Part shown: positions 30,661 to 41,934 of the stretch, piece after piece
Numbering within the stretch: the first letter of the stretch is position 1
Layout of the letters: the number at the start of each line of letters is the position of its first letter
Virus record (IMG/VR): IMGVR_UViG_2721755344_000003
Location: 1-64,000 of that record
Direction: 5' to 3' (one strand)
Source of the DNA: a virus
Taxonomy: Duplodnaviria > Caudoviricetes
DNA: 64,000 nt
Notes under the pieces: generated by a model
Told to the model about the DNA's origin: nothing
Databases searched by the model: none
The model's input: only the letters and a program-made list of their open reading frames with translations
Translations under genes and position numbers: made by a program

Positions 30661-30815
30661 GGCCGAAGTCTTAAACAGCCGTAACAGTTACCATGTCATA
30701 AGACCGACTGGACTGACAGAGAAAGAGAGAAACATGGCGATTATCTGTCAGATACACGGAGGCTGATAATCCTCAGATGCAGGATATGGCCTATGAGGAC
30801 CGCTTTCTTTTTTTT
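30648..30815 (+). ncRNA. Candidate multi-stem structured RNA with pseudoknots
   Basis: 11-bp closing stem plus four internal stems and two loop-loop complementarities, followed by a U-run (see findings). Confidence 0.6.
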
Positions 30816-30835
30816 AATATCAACGATCTCTTTAA

Positions 30836-30914
30836 GGCGGGGTAATGGCATAATACAATTCTTTTCTGGTTAGTTTAGGATTGTATAAAAAGGTTCGAAT
30901 CCTTTTCCCTGCTC
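30836..30914 (+). tRNA. tRNA-like element lacking a D-stem (pseudo-tRNA or mimic); no assignable anticodon
   Basis: 7-bp acceptor GGCGGGG/CCCTGCT, U8-A9, T-arm AAAAGG-TTCGAAT-CCTTTT, 10-bp central helix with 14-nt loop, no encoded CCA. Confidence 0.5.
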
Positions 30915-31131
30915 AAAGTAAAAGACAAAGTTATTTTTTAATACTAGTCAATATGATACTAATAATATCAACATTTTGTTTATGGTTATTGGGAGGAGTA
31001 GGCATCAGTTTATCATTAAATAGAAAAAAAGATCCTAGATGGTTGAGGATGTTATATGCTATCATAGGTATAGGTCTATGTGCAGAAGCAGGATATATTC
31101 TTAGCATAATCTTTTTTAAACAATTAGAATA

Positions 31132-31431
31132 ATGAAAACAATTTGGAAATATAAATTATCTCTTGATAATTCTAATGATATTAGTGTTCCTTATGCTTCT
31201 CAAAATATTAGAATACCTATTAGATCAGTAATTCTTGATGTTCAAGAACAAAGAGGTATTCCTTGCCTTTGGGCTTTAGTAGAAGATACTAATAAGATTG
31301 TTGAAAGACATATAAGAATATATGGAACAGGTCATAAAATAGACCAGTTCGATCAACATGTTTATATAGGAACATTTCAATTTCATGATTATGGCTTAGT
31401 TTTTCATGTTTTTGAATTTATTGATAAATAA
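31132..31431 (+). CDS. Conserved small phage protein (DUF7352-like)
   Basis: MKTIWKY...DVQEQRGIPCLWALV...IYGTGH...YIGTFQ...LVFHVFE pattern. Confidence 0.6.
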   Translation: MKTIWKYKLSLDNSNDISVPYASQNIRIPIRSVILDVQEQRGIPCLWALVEDTNKIVERHIRIYGTGHKIDQFDQHVYIGTFQFHDYGLVFHVFEFIDK

Positions 31432-33037
31432 GAATAATGAAATCATTTTGCTTTAAGACAACAACAGCAGGTGGCGATCCTGCCAAAATAATAATTACTA
31501 ACTATGATGACTGTGTTAATAATAATATTATCATTATTACCAAACGTATTCTCACAAAAGATTACAGAATAGCAAAACGGTGCAAAATGCATATATTAAG
31601 AAAAATAGGTGACAAATATTATGTGGAAAGTAGGTTTTCATTAAAATTAGAAACGTTGCTGAATATTATACATGGATTAATAATAACAGAAGATGCAAGA
31701 ATATCTATTAAAAATCATAAAGGCAACAAAAGGATTCAAAAAAGGTAAACAGTTTATTGGATTCGAAAGATTATCTGTATTGCCTAATCATTATATTACA
31801 ATTAATGAAGATAATATAGAAAAGACAATACCAAAGAAAAATTGTAAAGTATTAGCTACATCTATAGTTAAAAGAGAAAAAAATAATATCTTATGAATTT
31901 ATCGAAAAGAAATAAAGATGCTACTATATACATTGCAGAGCATCAAGAACAAAAGATCCAAAAGACCATGATATATGGATGGGATCCAATAAGAAAAGAA
32001 GCTTGGAGAATACTCATAAATGGAAGAATAGTAGATATGCGATCTACAAGACCATATAATACAACATCTATCATAGGACCATGTACGCTGGTTAAGGAAT
32101 TGGAACCATTTTGTGTATCAGATGAACATCTTGATGCTATTAAAAATGAGAAACCATTTTAATATATAGTTATGGGAACAACACAACGTAATGCAGGAAA
32201 ACAAGAATTCAATCCACCTGAGATGGTAAGAAAACCTGTAGATGAATTATTAATGGCATGGGCAAGTGCTAGGATGTATTTTGGCAGATCTCAGAAAGGA
32301 ATTAAAAGTACTAAAAGTAATGATATGCTTAATCTACTGCATAAGAAAGAAAGAAGGAGAAAAGAAAGAATAAAAAAATTATCTCGGAGAATGAATCGTG
32401 GACGCTGATCGTTTCTTTTTACGCTTATATAATGAATCTGGAGGCATATAAAGAGAGAAGTGTTTATCAATATAGATATTATAATTTTTGAACATTGCAA
32501 TGCATATATTGCGTGTAACAAAAGATATTGTAGATCCTATCATTCGATTTGTCAATAATTTAAATATAGGATTTTTCTTCACTAATTGTTTCTTCACGGC
32601 TCGTACATAATCATTATTACACTTTAAATCAAACAACATGAATGAACAAATTTATTCAAAAGTCGAATATACAAAAGAAAAGTATATTCCACAATTTCCT
32701 GATTTGAACAATTATGATATTATGGTTATCCAGGCATTTTGTAAAGTGACACCATGCAAAGTTATCATTAAACCGGCAGATATTAACAATAAAAGGAAAG
32801 CACTACTTATCGATTACGAACAGGATTTTCCTTATCTTGTTCAGAAGGATTCGGAAGGTATGTTCATATATTCTCATAGGACACAAGAAAAGAAATACAT
32901 AAATTTCAGAGTTATTCTTAAAGAACTTGTCATCAAATATGGGATATCTAAATCTCTAAATCTATTGAGTCAATTCCTTGCTGATGGTATAGTAACAACA
33001 GAAGAAGTAAATAGTCAACTGACATTTCATTTTAAGT

Positions 33038-33550
33038 ATGAAGAAATGTAATGTACCAGGATGTAATAATCGTATATTTAGTCAGGGTAAATGTAAATAT
33101 CATCTGTATAAACTTCCATCATATCAAAAAAAGTTAAACAAGACCAGTGATAGACGCAAAGAAGATGAAAAAACCTATAAACGAGTCTGTAAACAAGTCG
33201 ATGCTGCATCTATTAGGAATAGAGGATTCGTACAATGTTTTTTCTGTCCACAGCCAATCCTGGGAGTGGTCGATCATCACCATGTTGCCGGGAAACAGGG
33301 AATTAGTGATAACGGAATTAATCTATACTTGGACCCACAAGGGATTGTACCGTGTCACCCTAGCTGTCATAGACCAGAGCAAAATGGATACCATTCATTA
33401 TCTCTTCAAGAGATACAACAACAGCGATACTTCAGAGAACTTATGGAGAAGATTAAATCTGTATCTATACAAAAATATACTGATTGGTGTATAAAACTAA
33501 ATATCAATCCTGATGAGCCGATCACAGATTGCCTATCTGGAGAGTATTAA
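33038..33550 (+). CDS. Zinc-binding HNH/NinG-like nuclease
   Basis: CNVPGC..C..H, CFFC, DHHHV, CHPSCH. Confidence 0.6.
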   Translation: MKKCNVPGCNNRIFSQGKCKYHLYKLPSYQKKLNKTSDRRKEDEKTYKRVCKQVDAASIRNRGFVQCFFCPQPILGVVDHHHVAGKQGISDNGINLYLDPQGIVPCHPSCHRPEQNGYHSLSLQEIQQQRYFRELMEKIKSVSIQKYTDWCIKLNINPDEPITDCLSGEY

Positions 33551-34172
33551 ACCAGTATTCATAAGACCAGAATTACTTCTTGAGCCACAGATAATAAAAC
33601 CATTGCATGGTCTCAATCCACGTACTATATTAGGACAGTCATGGTGGGATGAGAAACGAGTGATAGCATATAAGGAAAATAATTATTGTTGTTGGGCATG
33701 TGGTACACATAAGAATCTTATAAAAGATGTTAAACAACGTTTGGAAGCACATGAATCTTACAATATCAATATTACACTCAAAAGATATAGACTGCAGGAG
33801 ATAGTAGCATTATGTCCTAAATGTCATAATTATATCCACGGTGGAAGGTTGACAATATTATATCAGCAGGGATTAATAACAAAAGAACAGTATATTCTGA
33901 TAAATAATTGGGGGGATACTGTATTATATAAAGCAAATCTTAATCTTAATGATGCCTGGTGGATAACATTTCAAGATCATTTCTTTCCTGAGAAAATGGG
34001 AACATGGAATGAATGGTACTTAGAAATAGAAGGAACAAGATATTATTCAAAATTCAAATCATATGAAGAATGGCAAGAATTCTATTCAAGATCAGACAGA
34101 TCTGAGTTACGGAAGAATACCACCACAAGCAATAGAGATAGAAGAAGCCGTTCTGGGAGCCATCCTGATTGA
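33513..34172 (+). CDS. HNH endonuclease-like protein
   Basis: CWACG...LEAHE...LCPKCHNYIH. Confidence 0.7.
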   Translation: MSRSQIAYLESIKPVFIRPELLLEPQIIKPLHGLNPRTILGQSWWDEKRVIAYKENNYCCWACGTHKNLIKDVKQRLEAHESYNINITLKRYRLQEIVALCPKCHNYIHGGRLTILYQQGLITKEQYILINNWGDTVLYKANLNLNDAWWITFQDHFFPEKMGTWNEWYLEIEGTRYYSKFKSYEEWQEFYSRSDRSELRKNTTTSNRDRRSRSGSHPD

Positions 34173-35910
34173 GAAAGATGCACAAGGCATAGTATTTAGC
34201 CTTTTAGATCCTGAACATTTCTATAAAAGTTCTCACCAGATTATATACCAGGCATTAAAAGAAATGAAAGAAAAGAATACTGCTATAGATCTTCTTACAT
34301 TAACAGAGCATCTCAAAAGAATAGGAAAATTAGAAGAGATAGGTGGTCCATATTACCTCACTACGCTCACTAGCAAAGTTGCTACTGCAGCACATCTATT
34401 AGACCATATACTTATACTCAAAGATAAATATATCTTCAGAGAAGCGATAAGGATAGGTCATGATCTACAAAAAATAGGATTTGAAGAAGATCTTAACATA
34501 GATGTTATCCTAGCTAATATATCTACAAGGTTAACAGCATTAACAGATGTATCTGATATATTTGGGGAAAATTTTAAAGATATCATAGGTGAGACATTAG
34601 CTGATATAAAGGGAAAACAAGAAGGAACGATAAGAATAGGATTAAAAACTGGATATAATGGTATAGATAAGATCTTCGATTTTTGTTCTAATAATATAAT
34701 ATTTATATCTGCTATAGAAAAAGCCGGAAAGACCAAGTTTCTCATTAATATTATTGTACAGTTATTTCTTAATAATAAGGATATAGGTATATGCTGGTAT
34801 TCCATGGAAGATGATAAAATGAAGGTCATCAGAAACATGATTGCTATTCTTACCGGAATTCAGGATGAAGATCAGCAAAGCAAACACAAGAAAATATCCG
34901 ATGAAGATCTCAACAATATAATCAAAGCAACAGAAGCATTTAAGAACTTCGATATTGAAATTATTGATCGTCCTACTACAATAGATAAAATAGCAAGTCA
35001 TTTCGACAGATTTTGTCTCAAAAGATATAATAAGGTTAATATCCTGGCAATAGATAATTTTAATATCTGCAGAGATATGGAAAAAGATCTTAAAGATGAT
35101 TTATCCCGGGAGAATTATATATGTGGCAGACTGCAGCAGATCAATAGAGAGAACAATCTCGATAATAGAATATCATTTACCTTAGTACTGGATCATCTAA
35201 GCCCTAAACAATTTCCTGTAGATGCATTGAAAGATGGATACAGACCAAAAGCAAAATTCGTATTAGGAACCAGCAGAAAGAATCAGATAGTAACTCAATT
35301 GTTCTTATTAAATAGACCAAATATGTTTGACGATCTGATGGATGAAGAGAGGACAAAACCAAATATAACTATCAATAATGAAGTATGGAAGAGAGAGGAT
35401 GTATTAAGAGAATTATTAGTAGGTCAAATGGCAAGAAACAGAAATGGTACTATAGATGAAAGGTATGCGATAGTTCGATTCCTGGCAGATTATGGTATCA
35501 TGGATATAAGAGAATGGTATAATGCTGATGTTGATAAGGCAAAGAACATCCAGGAATTTCAAGAAAGAGGAATATATCATATTACTCAGAAACAATTCAT
35601 GGATGAGATGTTTGTTATTAATTCGGAAGGTCATCCTCAACAAACGTGTGCAGAAGTAAATTATATCCTGGGCAAAGAAGATGTGATAGGAAGGAAGATA
35701 TCCTTTGATTTCCTTATTCAGAGATACAGAGAATATTACAATTACAAACTTAAACTCCAAGCTAATGATCCTCAATATACAGCCAAAGATAACAGGATAA
35801 GACCAATATTAACATGGATAAGAGAATCAATGTATAATCAGAGATTTAAAAAGGGTACAACCAGCAGGGAAATAAGCAGAGATTATTATTTATATAATAT
35901 CAAAGACTAA
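34063..35910 (+). CDS. dnaB: DnaB-like replicative helicase with C-terminal extension
   Basis: GRIPPQAIEIEEAVLGAILIE N-terminal domain; Walker A AIEKAGKT; YSMED; Walker B AIDN; ARNRNG arginine finger. Confidence 0.88.
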   Translation: MKNGKNSIQDQTDLSYGRIPPQAIEIEEAVLGAILIEKDAQGIVFSLLDPEHFYKSSHQIIYQALKEMKEKNTAIDLLTLTEHLKRIGKLEEIGGPYYLTTLTSKVATAAHLLDHILILKDKYIFREAIRIGHDLQKIGFEEDLNIDVILANISTRLTALTDVSDIFGENFKDIIGETLADIKGKQEGTIRIGLKTGYNGIDKIFDFCSNNIIFISAIEKAGKTKFLINIIVQLFLNNKDIGICWYSMEDDKMKVIRNMIAILTGIQDEDQQSKHKKISDEDLNNIIKATEAFKNFDIEIIDRPTTIDKIASHFDRFCLKRYNKVNILAIDNFNICRDMEKDLKDDLSRENYICGRLQQINRENNLDNRISFTLVLDHLSPKQFPVDALKDGYRPKAKFVLGTSRKNQIVTQLFLLNRPNMFDDLMDEERTKPNITINNEVWKREDVLRELLVGQMARNRNGTIDERYAIVRFLADYGIMDIREWYNADVDKAKNIQEFQERGIYHITQKQFMDEMFVINSEGHPQQTCAEVNYILGKEDVIGRKISFDFLIQRYREYYNYKLKLQANDPQYTAKDNRIRPILTWIRESMYNQRFKKGTTSREISRDYYLYNIKD

Positions 35911-38331
35911 ATCACAATAAAATGACATCAAAGCAATTAAGAAAAAAAATACTTGCAAGAATATTAAAATGCAATCTGGAATTAAGATCTGCTACTACGG
36001 GTAAAAAATATAATTCTCTTATTAAAGAACGTGATAAAGACATTGAAACTATTATTCAAAAAGCCAGATTAAATTGGGAACAATCTGCAATAAACAAATA
36101 TTTAAGAGATATTAATTAATATCAAAGACTAGTTATGAAAGCAACAACGAAAGCATTACTTAAAGAAGCACAAGAATATTGTGATGAAAATGATAAATCA
36201 ACAGAATTTATGTTACAATACATGCAAGATATAGCAAAGGTTGATCTTGATACAGTCATTAGTTACTTAACCAAATATGGTGGATTCACAAAAGAAAAAT
36301 AATATATCATGGCAGATTTTGATAAACTTCTTGAACCTCCAATAAAAGATCAGAGGGTAATAGAAGATCAACAAGAATATAGATATGTAGGATCTCTTAA
36401 AATGAAAAAGGGAACATCTTTATATTATTATGATCCTGATATAGAGGAATGTGATGTTGTTAAAACAATGGATACAGCAACGATAGGATTCGATGGAGAA
36501 GCATTCTTAAGAAAAAGGGCACAATGGAGCGATAAATATTATTATACTGTAGCTATAAATAAAAAGAATGCATTACGTAAAATATTAAAATTCATAAAAA
36601 GCCGTGGGAAGACTTAAAGAAAAGATGATGAATACATTTGTTATGAAACAAAAGTATTATCAAGATGAACATTTTGATGATGCTTATCATTATCAAAAAG
36701 AGGCCATTCAGAAGAATGCAGATAATAGAATGGTATTACCAGAAATGAAGAAATTTATTCTGGAAAATTTACATAAAAGAAGAGATTTCAAGTTAATTGT
36801 TGATATAGCATACAGACTAAAGATACCAAAAGGAACAAATTGGATAATAGAAGCTAATAGAGTAATGGAAAAGCATGGATATAAGATTTTCATGGAATTA
36901 AAGTCTTCTGATACACAATGGAGAGGTCATAATAAGCATACTGATGATTATTATTATATACTCAAACAATTATGAACACAAATGAAAAAATAGCCAAGTG
37001 GGTCGGTGTTAGAAAACATAGGTTTGTAGGTTATCTTGGAGAAACTTATTGTTACATAAATGAGAATATTGATAAAGAATCTCATGAAAACAGAGAAGTA
37101 GAATATCTTGATTTTCTCCATGACCGCAACCAGCAGAAATGGATTGAGGATAAATTAATTGAATTGGGGTATGGAATAAATTATACTTATTCTCAAATGT
37201 GGAAAAAACATTTTTACAATATTGTGCCAAAAGAGGTTGATGAAACCAACATTCATAAATATTTTAAAGGAGAATCAGAAATATCAAAAAGTATTGCCCT
37301 TATTTCAGCAGTTAAACAATTAATAGATAAAGAAAATGGAATGCAAAAATTGTAAATATTATGATAGTGTGAAGTGTACAGATTCAGAAGAATTTGTAAA
37401 TGCGGATACGGGTTTTCCGATATGTAGATATAATTCAAATGCTATAAAATTAAGTGAATATTTGGAAGGATAAGTACAATTTATACACACCCTTAAAAGA
37501 TAAAGAAAATGAATAAATTAAAATCAGACATTAGAAAAGCAATTACAGCAAATACCAAATATAGAGCAATTAAGGTTTGGAAACCTGAAATTGATGAAAA
37601 TATGGCAGGCCAAACCTGGATGTCCATTGTAATTTTAGTAAAAGAGAAATAAAATGATCCCAGCTCGAATAATTGAAATAGTACCTAAGGTGATGGTGGA
37701 ATGGCCGCCAGAACCAGAACCATTACAACATGAACCATCGAAACATTTTTTACAAAGACTTCATAAATGGAAAAAATTCAGAACCATTGCCGAAGTGGAG
37801 AATGTGACTCATATAAAAGGGTATGATTTATGGTCAATATTAGGTAAAGGTGATGGGGTAGTTAAAACATATACAGAACTACATCTCAATCAAATCGTCT
37901 TCATTGAACCAACAGAGACAGGTAAATGTAAAATAGTAAAGATATGAAAAAAAGAAAAAATCCAAAAGAAGAAGAAATCAAAACTAAAAAATGTCATATA
38001 AATGGTGATTGTTCATATGGAGAGCATGATGATCTCTATAAATGTGAAATTTGTAAGTATTATTATTAATTAACCCTCAATCTAAATAACTAAACAAAAT
38101 GTCAAGAAGCGATAGACACATAGATGAACTGAGACACAGATTCAATAATGAGAAATTCATTGAAACAAATGACAGATTTGAAAGATGGTGCAGAGATATG
38201 CAATCTTTTGAAAGAGAATTAAGCAAAAAGCAATGTCCTAAGTGTCAGCATTTATATTCTTTACAACCTGTAAGTATGACGGAATATATTTGTACAAACT
38301 GTAACTATACTGGCTTTATATCGACGATAAA

Positions 38332-38949
38332 ATGACATTTCTTAGCAAAAAATATCAGGATTATCTTAATGGACTATTCAAAAAACGAATGATAGGGAAT
38401 ACACACATCATTCCTATAGGATTAAATATACTGATAATTGATAAATGTGTTATTAAAAAAGCAAAGACCGGTACACCATATCTTATGATAGATATTATCA
38501 AACAATCAGAACAGTCATATAGATCTATACGTATATTTTATTGGGGAGATTATGATAATAAAGATAAATGCAATATCAACGGAATACCATATGGAATATT
38601 AGGACTAGAGATGTTTCTTGATAGAGCATTTGGATATAAACTTATTCATTATAGCAATGATCAATTATCATGGATTGTGAAGCAAATAAGAAAATTAAAG
38701 AAAAAGCCATTTAAAGCCATTATAAGTCATTTTCCGAAACTCTACTATAAAGAGAACAAGTTGGTCCTGGGACGATCAGATAATCTGCCTATGATTACCT
38801 ATGAACCTCAGATCACCGAATATGCCAGTATAGATAATCAGGAGTTTGGTAAAAATCTTAATTATTTACAATTAAGTAATAAATTAATACCTGACGAAGA
38901 AAGAATATATCAGAAATATTTAATGCTTAAAAAAAATGCCAAAGGATAA
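38332..38949 (+). CDS. Possible OB-fold (DUF669-like) protein
   Basis: KKAKTGTPYLMIDI pattern; weak recognition. Confidence 0.35.
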   Translation: MTFLSKKYQDYLNGLFKKRMIGNTHIIPIGLNILIIDKCVIKKAKTGTPYLMIDIIKQSEQSYRSIRIFYWGDYDNKDKCNINGIPYGILGLEMFLDRAFGYKLIHYSNDQLSWIVKQIRKLKKKPFKAIISHFPKLYYKENKLVLGRSDNLPMITYEPQITEYASIDNQEFGKNLNYLQLSNKLIPDEERIYQKYLMLKKNAKG

Positions 38950-39604
38950 TAGATTTTGGAATGATCTACAGAGATGTATTGATGAATTAAGGATTGAGAT
39001 TAAAGAGAAAGAACCTGATAGAATAACAATGGATTTCTGGTTATTTAAGATTGAACATCGTATTAAGATGTTAAAAGAATATATAGAGAAAATTGAGAAA
39101 TCAAATAATAAATCTAAAATAAAATGAAACATGCAAGAGAAGATTACAATCGTATTCAGGATCCCGCAGGATTAATTCCTGATGATGAACCTGTATTTCT
39201 TTTAAGAGGACAAGATATCTTGGCTCCTGATCTATTAAGAACATGGGCAATCCAATTACTTGCCAAAGGAGGTAGTGGAATTATGGCAGAAATGGTAATG
39301 AAATGGTCTAAAAAAATGACCGAATGGCAAGAGAAACATAAGGCAAAATTACCAGATTTACCAGAATATGAACATTAATTTTATATCATAATGCGTATCA
39401 ACTGTAAAGTTTTCAGTTGGGATAAGAAGATGAAAGAAATTATCAGTGATCTTAGTTTTGAATTAACGAGTAAAACATCGTATAGTTCAGTAAAAGGTTA
39501 TCCTGAAAAGTCTATTGTCTTTCTAAGTGGTCATCCGTATACCATCAATATCCCATATATGGAACTAAAAGAATTGTTTAAACAACTTAAAGGAATAACC
39601 AACG

Positions 39605-41056
39605 ATGAAAGAAATTATCCTGGAGTTTAAAAATTATAAACTTCTTAAAAATGAGAAGTTTGATCTTAGCAATTACATGGTATATTGCTTTGAAGGTCGT
39701 AATGGTATAGGAAAATCCAGTGCTATTACGGGTCTTGAAGAACTGATAAGTGCTATGGCATTTACTGTCCAGCCAGTTACTGGTGGAGAAAAGGAAGGAT
39801 GGAAGAAAGTGATATGGGAAGGTGTGGATGGTAAACTATACACTATCGAACATACTTTTGATGTGAAGAATGGTAAGGGTAAGTTCGTTGCTTATAATGA
39901 CAAGGCAGAACAGATAACATCTGTCACTAAAATCAGGGAATTATTAGGTACATATAGTCGAATAACCGTGGATCAGTTCTTTGAAAAAGCAAATACTGCA
40001 CCTGGGAGAAGAGAACTTATAAATAACTTTTTTAATAAGATTCTTACAAATGAAGAAAGGACTGAAATTCAGACATGCAAAGCATACGCAGAAAAAGCCT
40101 ATGATGAAAGAACGGAATATGGTAGAACTATGAAGATCATTGAACCTATGCTCATTGAATTAACTGATGAACAATTAAAAACTGTTGATCGACTACCTGA
40201 AGCAAGAGAAAAAGTCAAGTTAAGAAGAGAACAACTTAATCAACGAAGAGAACTAAAAAGAGATTTTGAAAGTATTAATCATGATATAGAGGACCTGAAA
40301 CATAATATTTTACTAATAAAAGAAATAGGTAAAACATGGTTTCCGGATGATACATATCAGAAATGGGATAAAATATTAACTGATACTGAAAATACGTTCA
40401 TCATTTTCTCTAAGAATTATAAAGAAAAGAAAGAGACTGATCTCCCATCTGAAGAAGATTTAACCAATATGATTCTCAGAGCAGAAAAGATCATTGAAGA
40501 AGGTAGTGTATTTCATGCCAGGCAAAGCCAGTATCTTGTTAATAAAGAGAAATATGATCATTTTAAAGAAAGATATAATGAAGCTGAAGAAATTATTAAC
40601 ACTAAGCGTGCAAGAATCAAAGAAATCTATGTTAATAGTAAATTACCGGCAGGAATAACTATTGAAGATGACGGGTTTTCGTTTCATGGATATGACTTCT
40701 CTAAAGAACAAGTTAGTGAAAGTGAAGCCAAACTTGCTATCGCAGAATTAATGTGTCAAATAGATACAGCAGGATTAATAGTACTCGGTAATGCAGCAAT
40801 ATTTGGTAAAGAGAGAATGGAACAGATCTGTGAAATAGCAAAGAAATATAATAAGAAAGTATTCCTGGAAAGAGTTGTCGATGATCTCGATGAAGTCCGG
40901 TTAGTGGGTATTGTTGATGTAACTGATATAAAAGAATCAAGTAAAACCAAAGAACCTAATAATAAGAAAAATGGGAAAAAGCAAAAAACAGAACCAGAAA
41001 CAAAACCAAAGACAGACCCAGGACCAAATAAACCAGTGGAAGATGAACCACTATGA
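39605..41056 (+). CDS. SMC/Rad50-like coiled-coil ATPase
   Basis: Walker A GRNGIGKS, long coiled coil, signature-like QVSESE, degenerate Walker B. Confidence 0.8.
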   Translation: MKEIILEFKNYKLLKNEKFDLSNYMVYCFEGRNGIGKSSAITGLEELISAMAFTVQPVTGGEKEGWKKVIWEGVDGKLYTIEHTFDVKNGKGKFVAYNDKAEQITSVTKIRELLGTYSRITVDQFFEKANTAPGRRELINNFFNKILTNEERTEIQTCKAYAEKAYDERTEYGRTMKIIEPMLIELTDEQLKTVDRLPEAREKVKLRREQLNQRRELKRDFESINHDIEDLKHNILLIKEIGKTWFPDDTYQKWDKILTDTENTFIIFSKNYKEKKETDLPSEEDLTNMILRAEKIIEEGSVFHARQSQYLVNKEKYDHFKERYNEAEEIINTKRARIKEIYVNSKLPAGITIEDDGFSFHGYDFSKEQVSESEAKLAIAELMCQIDTAGLIVLGNAAIFGKERMEQICEIAKKYNKKVFLERVVDDLDEVRLVGIVDVTDIKESSKTKEPNNKKNGKKQKTEPETKPKTDPGPNKPVEDEPL

Positions 41057-41161
41057 ATGTAAAAAGTGTGGATGTAAGAAATTCACACATGCACGATTTG
41101 GTGGTGTAATATATTTCAAATGTACAAATTGTAAACACATAAGCACTTAAATCAAACAATT

Positions 41162-41932
41162 ATGAGTAGAACAAATCCAAGATCGTCTATGCCTAATCCA
41201 GCCAAGAGATTTATCAAATGGAATGGAGAAAAAGGTGAATTCAGTTACTATGATAAGGAGAATAAAAAGGATGTGATCGTTCCTCTTCCTATCAGTTTCC
41301 TTGTTCTTGATGAACTGGCAACAGTAACCGGATTTAATCAAAGAACCAAGAGTAATATTTACTCTAATGAGGTACATAATACTAATGATGAACCTCTAAA
41401 TGTCAGATGTTTTGGTGGTAAGGGTGGTAAAGGATATGTCCTTTCAAAAGGATTCTATTCTGACATTAAAGCATCTCTTTTGTCCCAGGCAAGAGATGTA
41501 AGATATACTAAAAGTGTATATGCTATCATGAAGAATGATAAAAAAGAATTTGAACTTGTCAACTTTCATTTTCATGGTAGTACTCTTAATGCATGGATAA
41601 AGAAAGACTTTGATCCATTGAAATGTGCTATCATCATCAAGGCTTATCTGGAAGCAAAGACCGGATCTATAACATACAGATATCCCAAGTTCGAACAACT
41701 GGCGGTAAAGAAAGAAACTGAAGAACTTGCATTGAAATTTGATAAGGATCTTCAGGATTATCTGCGTGAGTATAAGAAAGCCCAGGTTGTCACTGTTGAG
41801 ACAGAAGAAGTGCCACCAGGGACAGTGACAGAAGAAGAACCTGAAACTACTCAGGAAGCACCGGAAGGTGATTTGACAGAAACAGTATATAATCAAGGCA
41901 CTTCAGGTACTGAAGACGATTTACCATTCTAA
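41162..41932 (+). CDS. ssb: Phage single-stranded DNA-binding protein
   Basis: PAKRFIKWNGEKGEFSYYDKE start typical of Bacteroidota-phage SSBs; acidic tail ending EDDLPF. Confidence 0.75.
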   Translation: MSRTNPRSSMPNPAKRFIKWNGEKGEFSYYDKENKKDVIVPLPISFLVLDELATVTGFNQRTKSNIYSNEVHNTNDEPLNVRCFGGKGGKGYVLSKGFYSDIKASLLSQARDVRYTKSVYAIMKNDKKEFELVNFHFHGSTLNAWIKKDFDPLKCAIIIKAYLEAKTGSITYRYPKFEQLAVKKETEELALKFDKDLQDYLREYKKAQVVTVETEEVPPGTVTEEEPETTQEAPEGDLTETVYNQGTSGTEDDLPF

Positions 41933-41934
41933 CT

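Noticed and set aside
30666-30705. Twister ribozyme, suggested by UAAACAGCC
   Set aside because: The motif is one nucleotide short of the consensus and the GGU..CAAGCC partner strand is missing.
30881-30951. TTG-started N-terminus of ORF 30881-31132
   Set aside because: It overlaps the T-arm of the tRNA-like element; the ATG near 30952 gives a clean two-TM protein.
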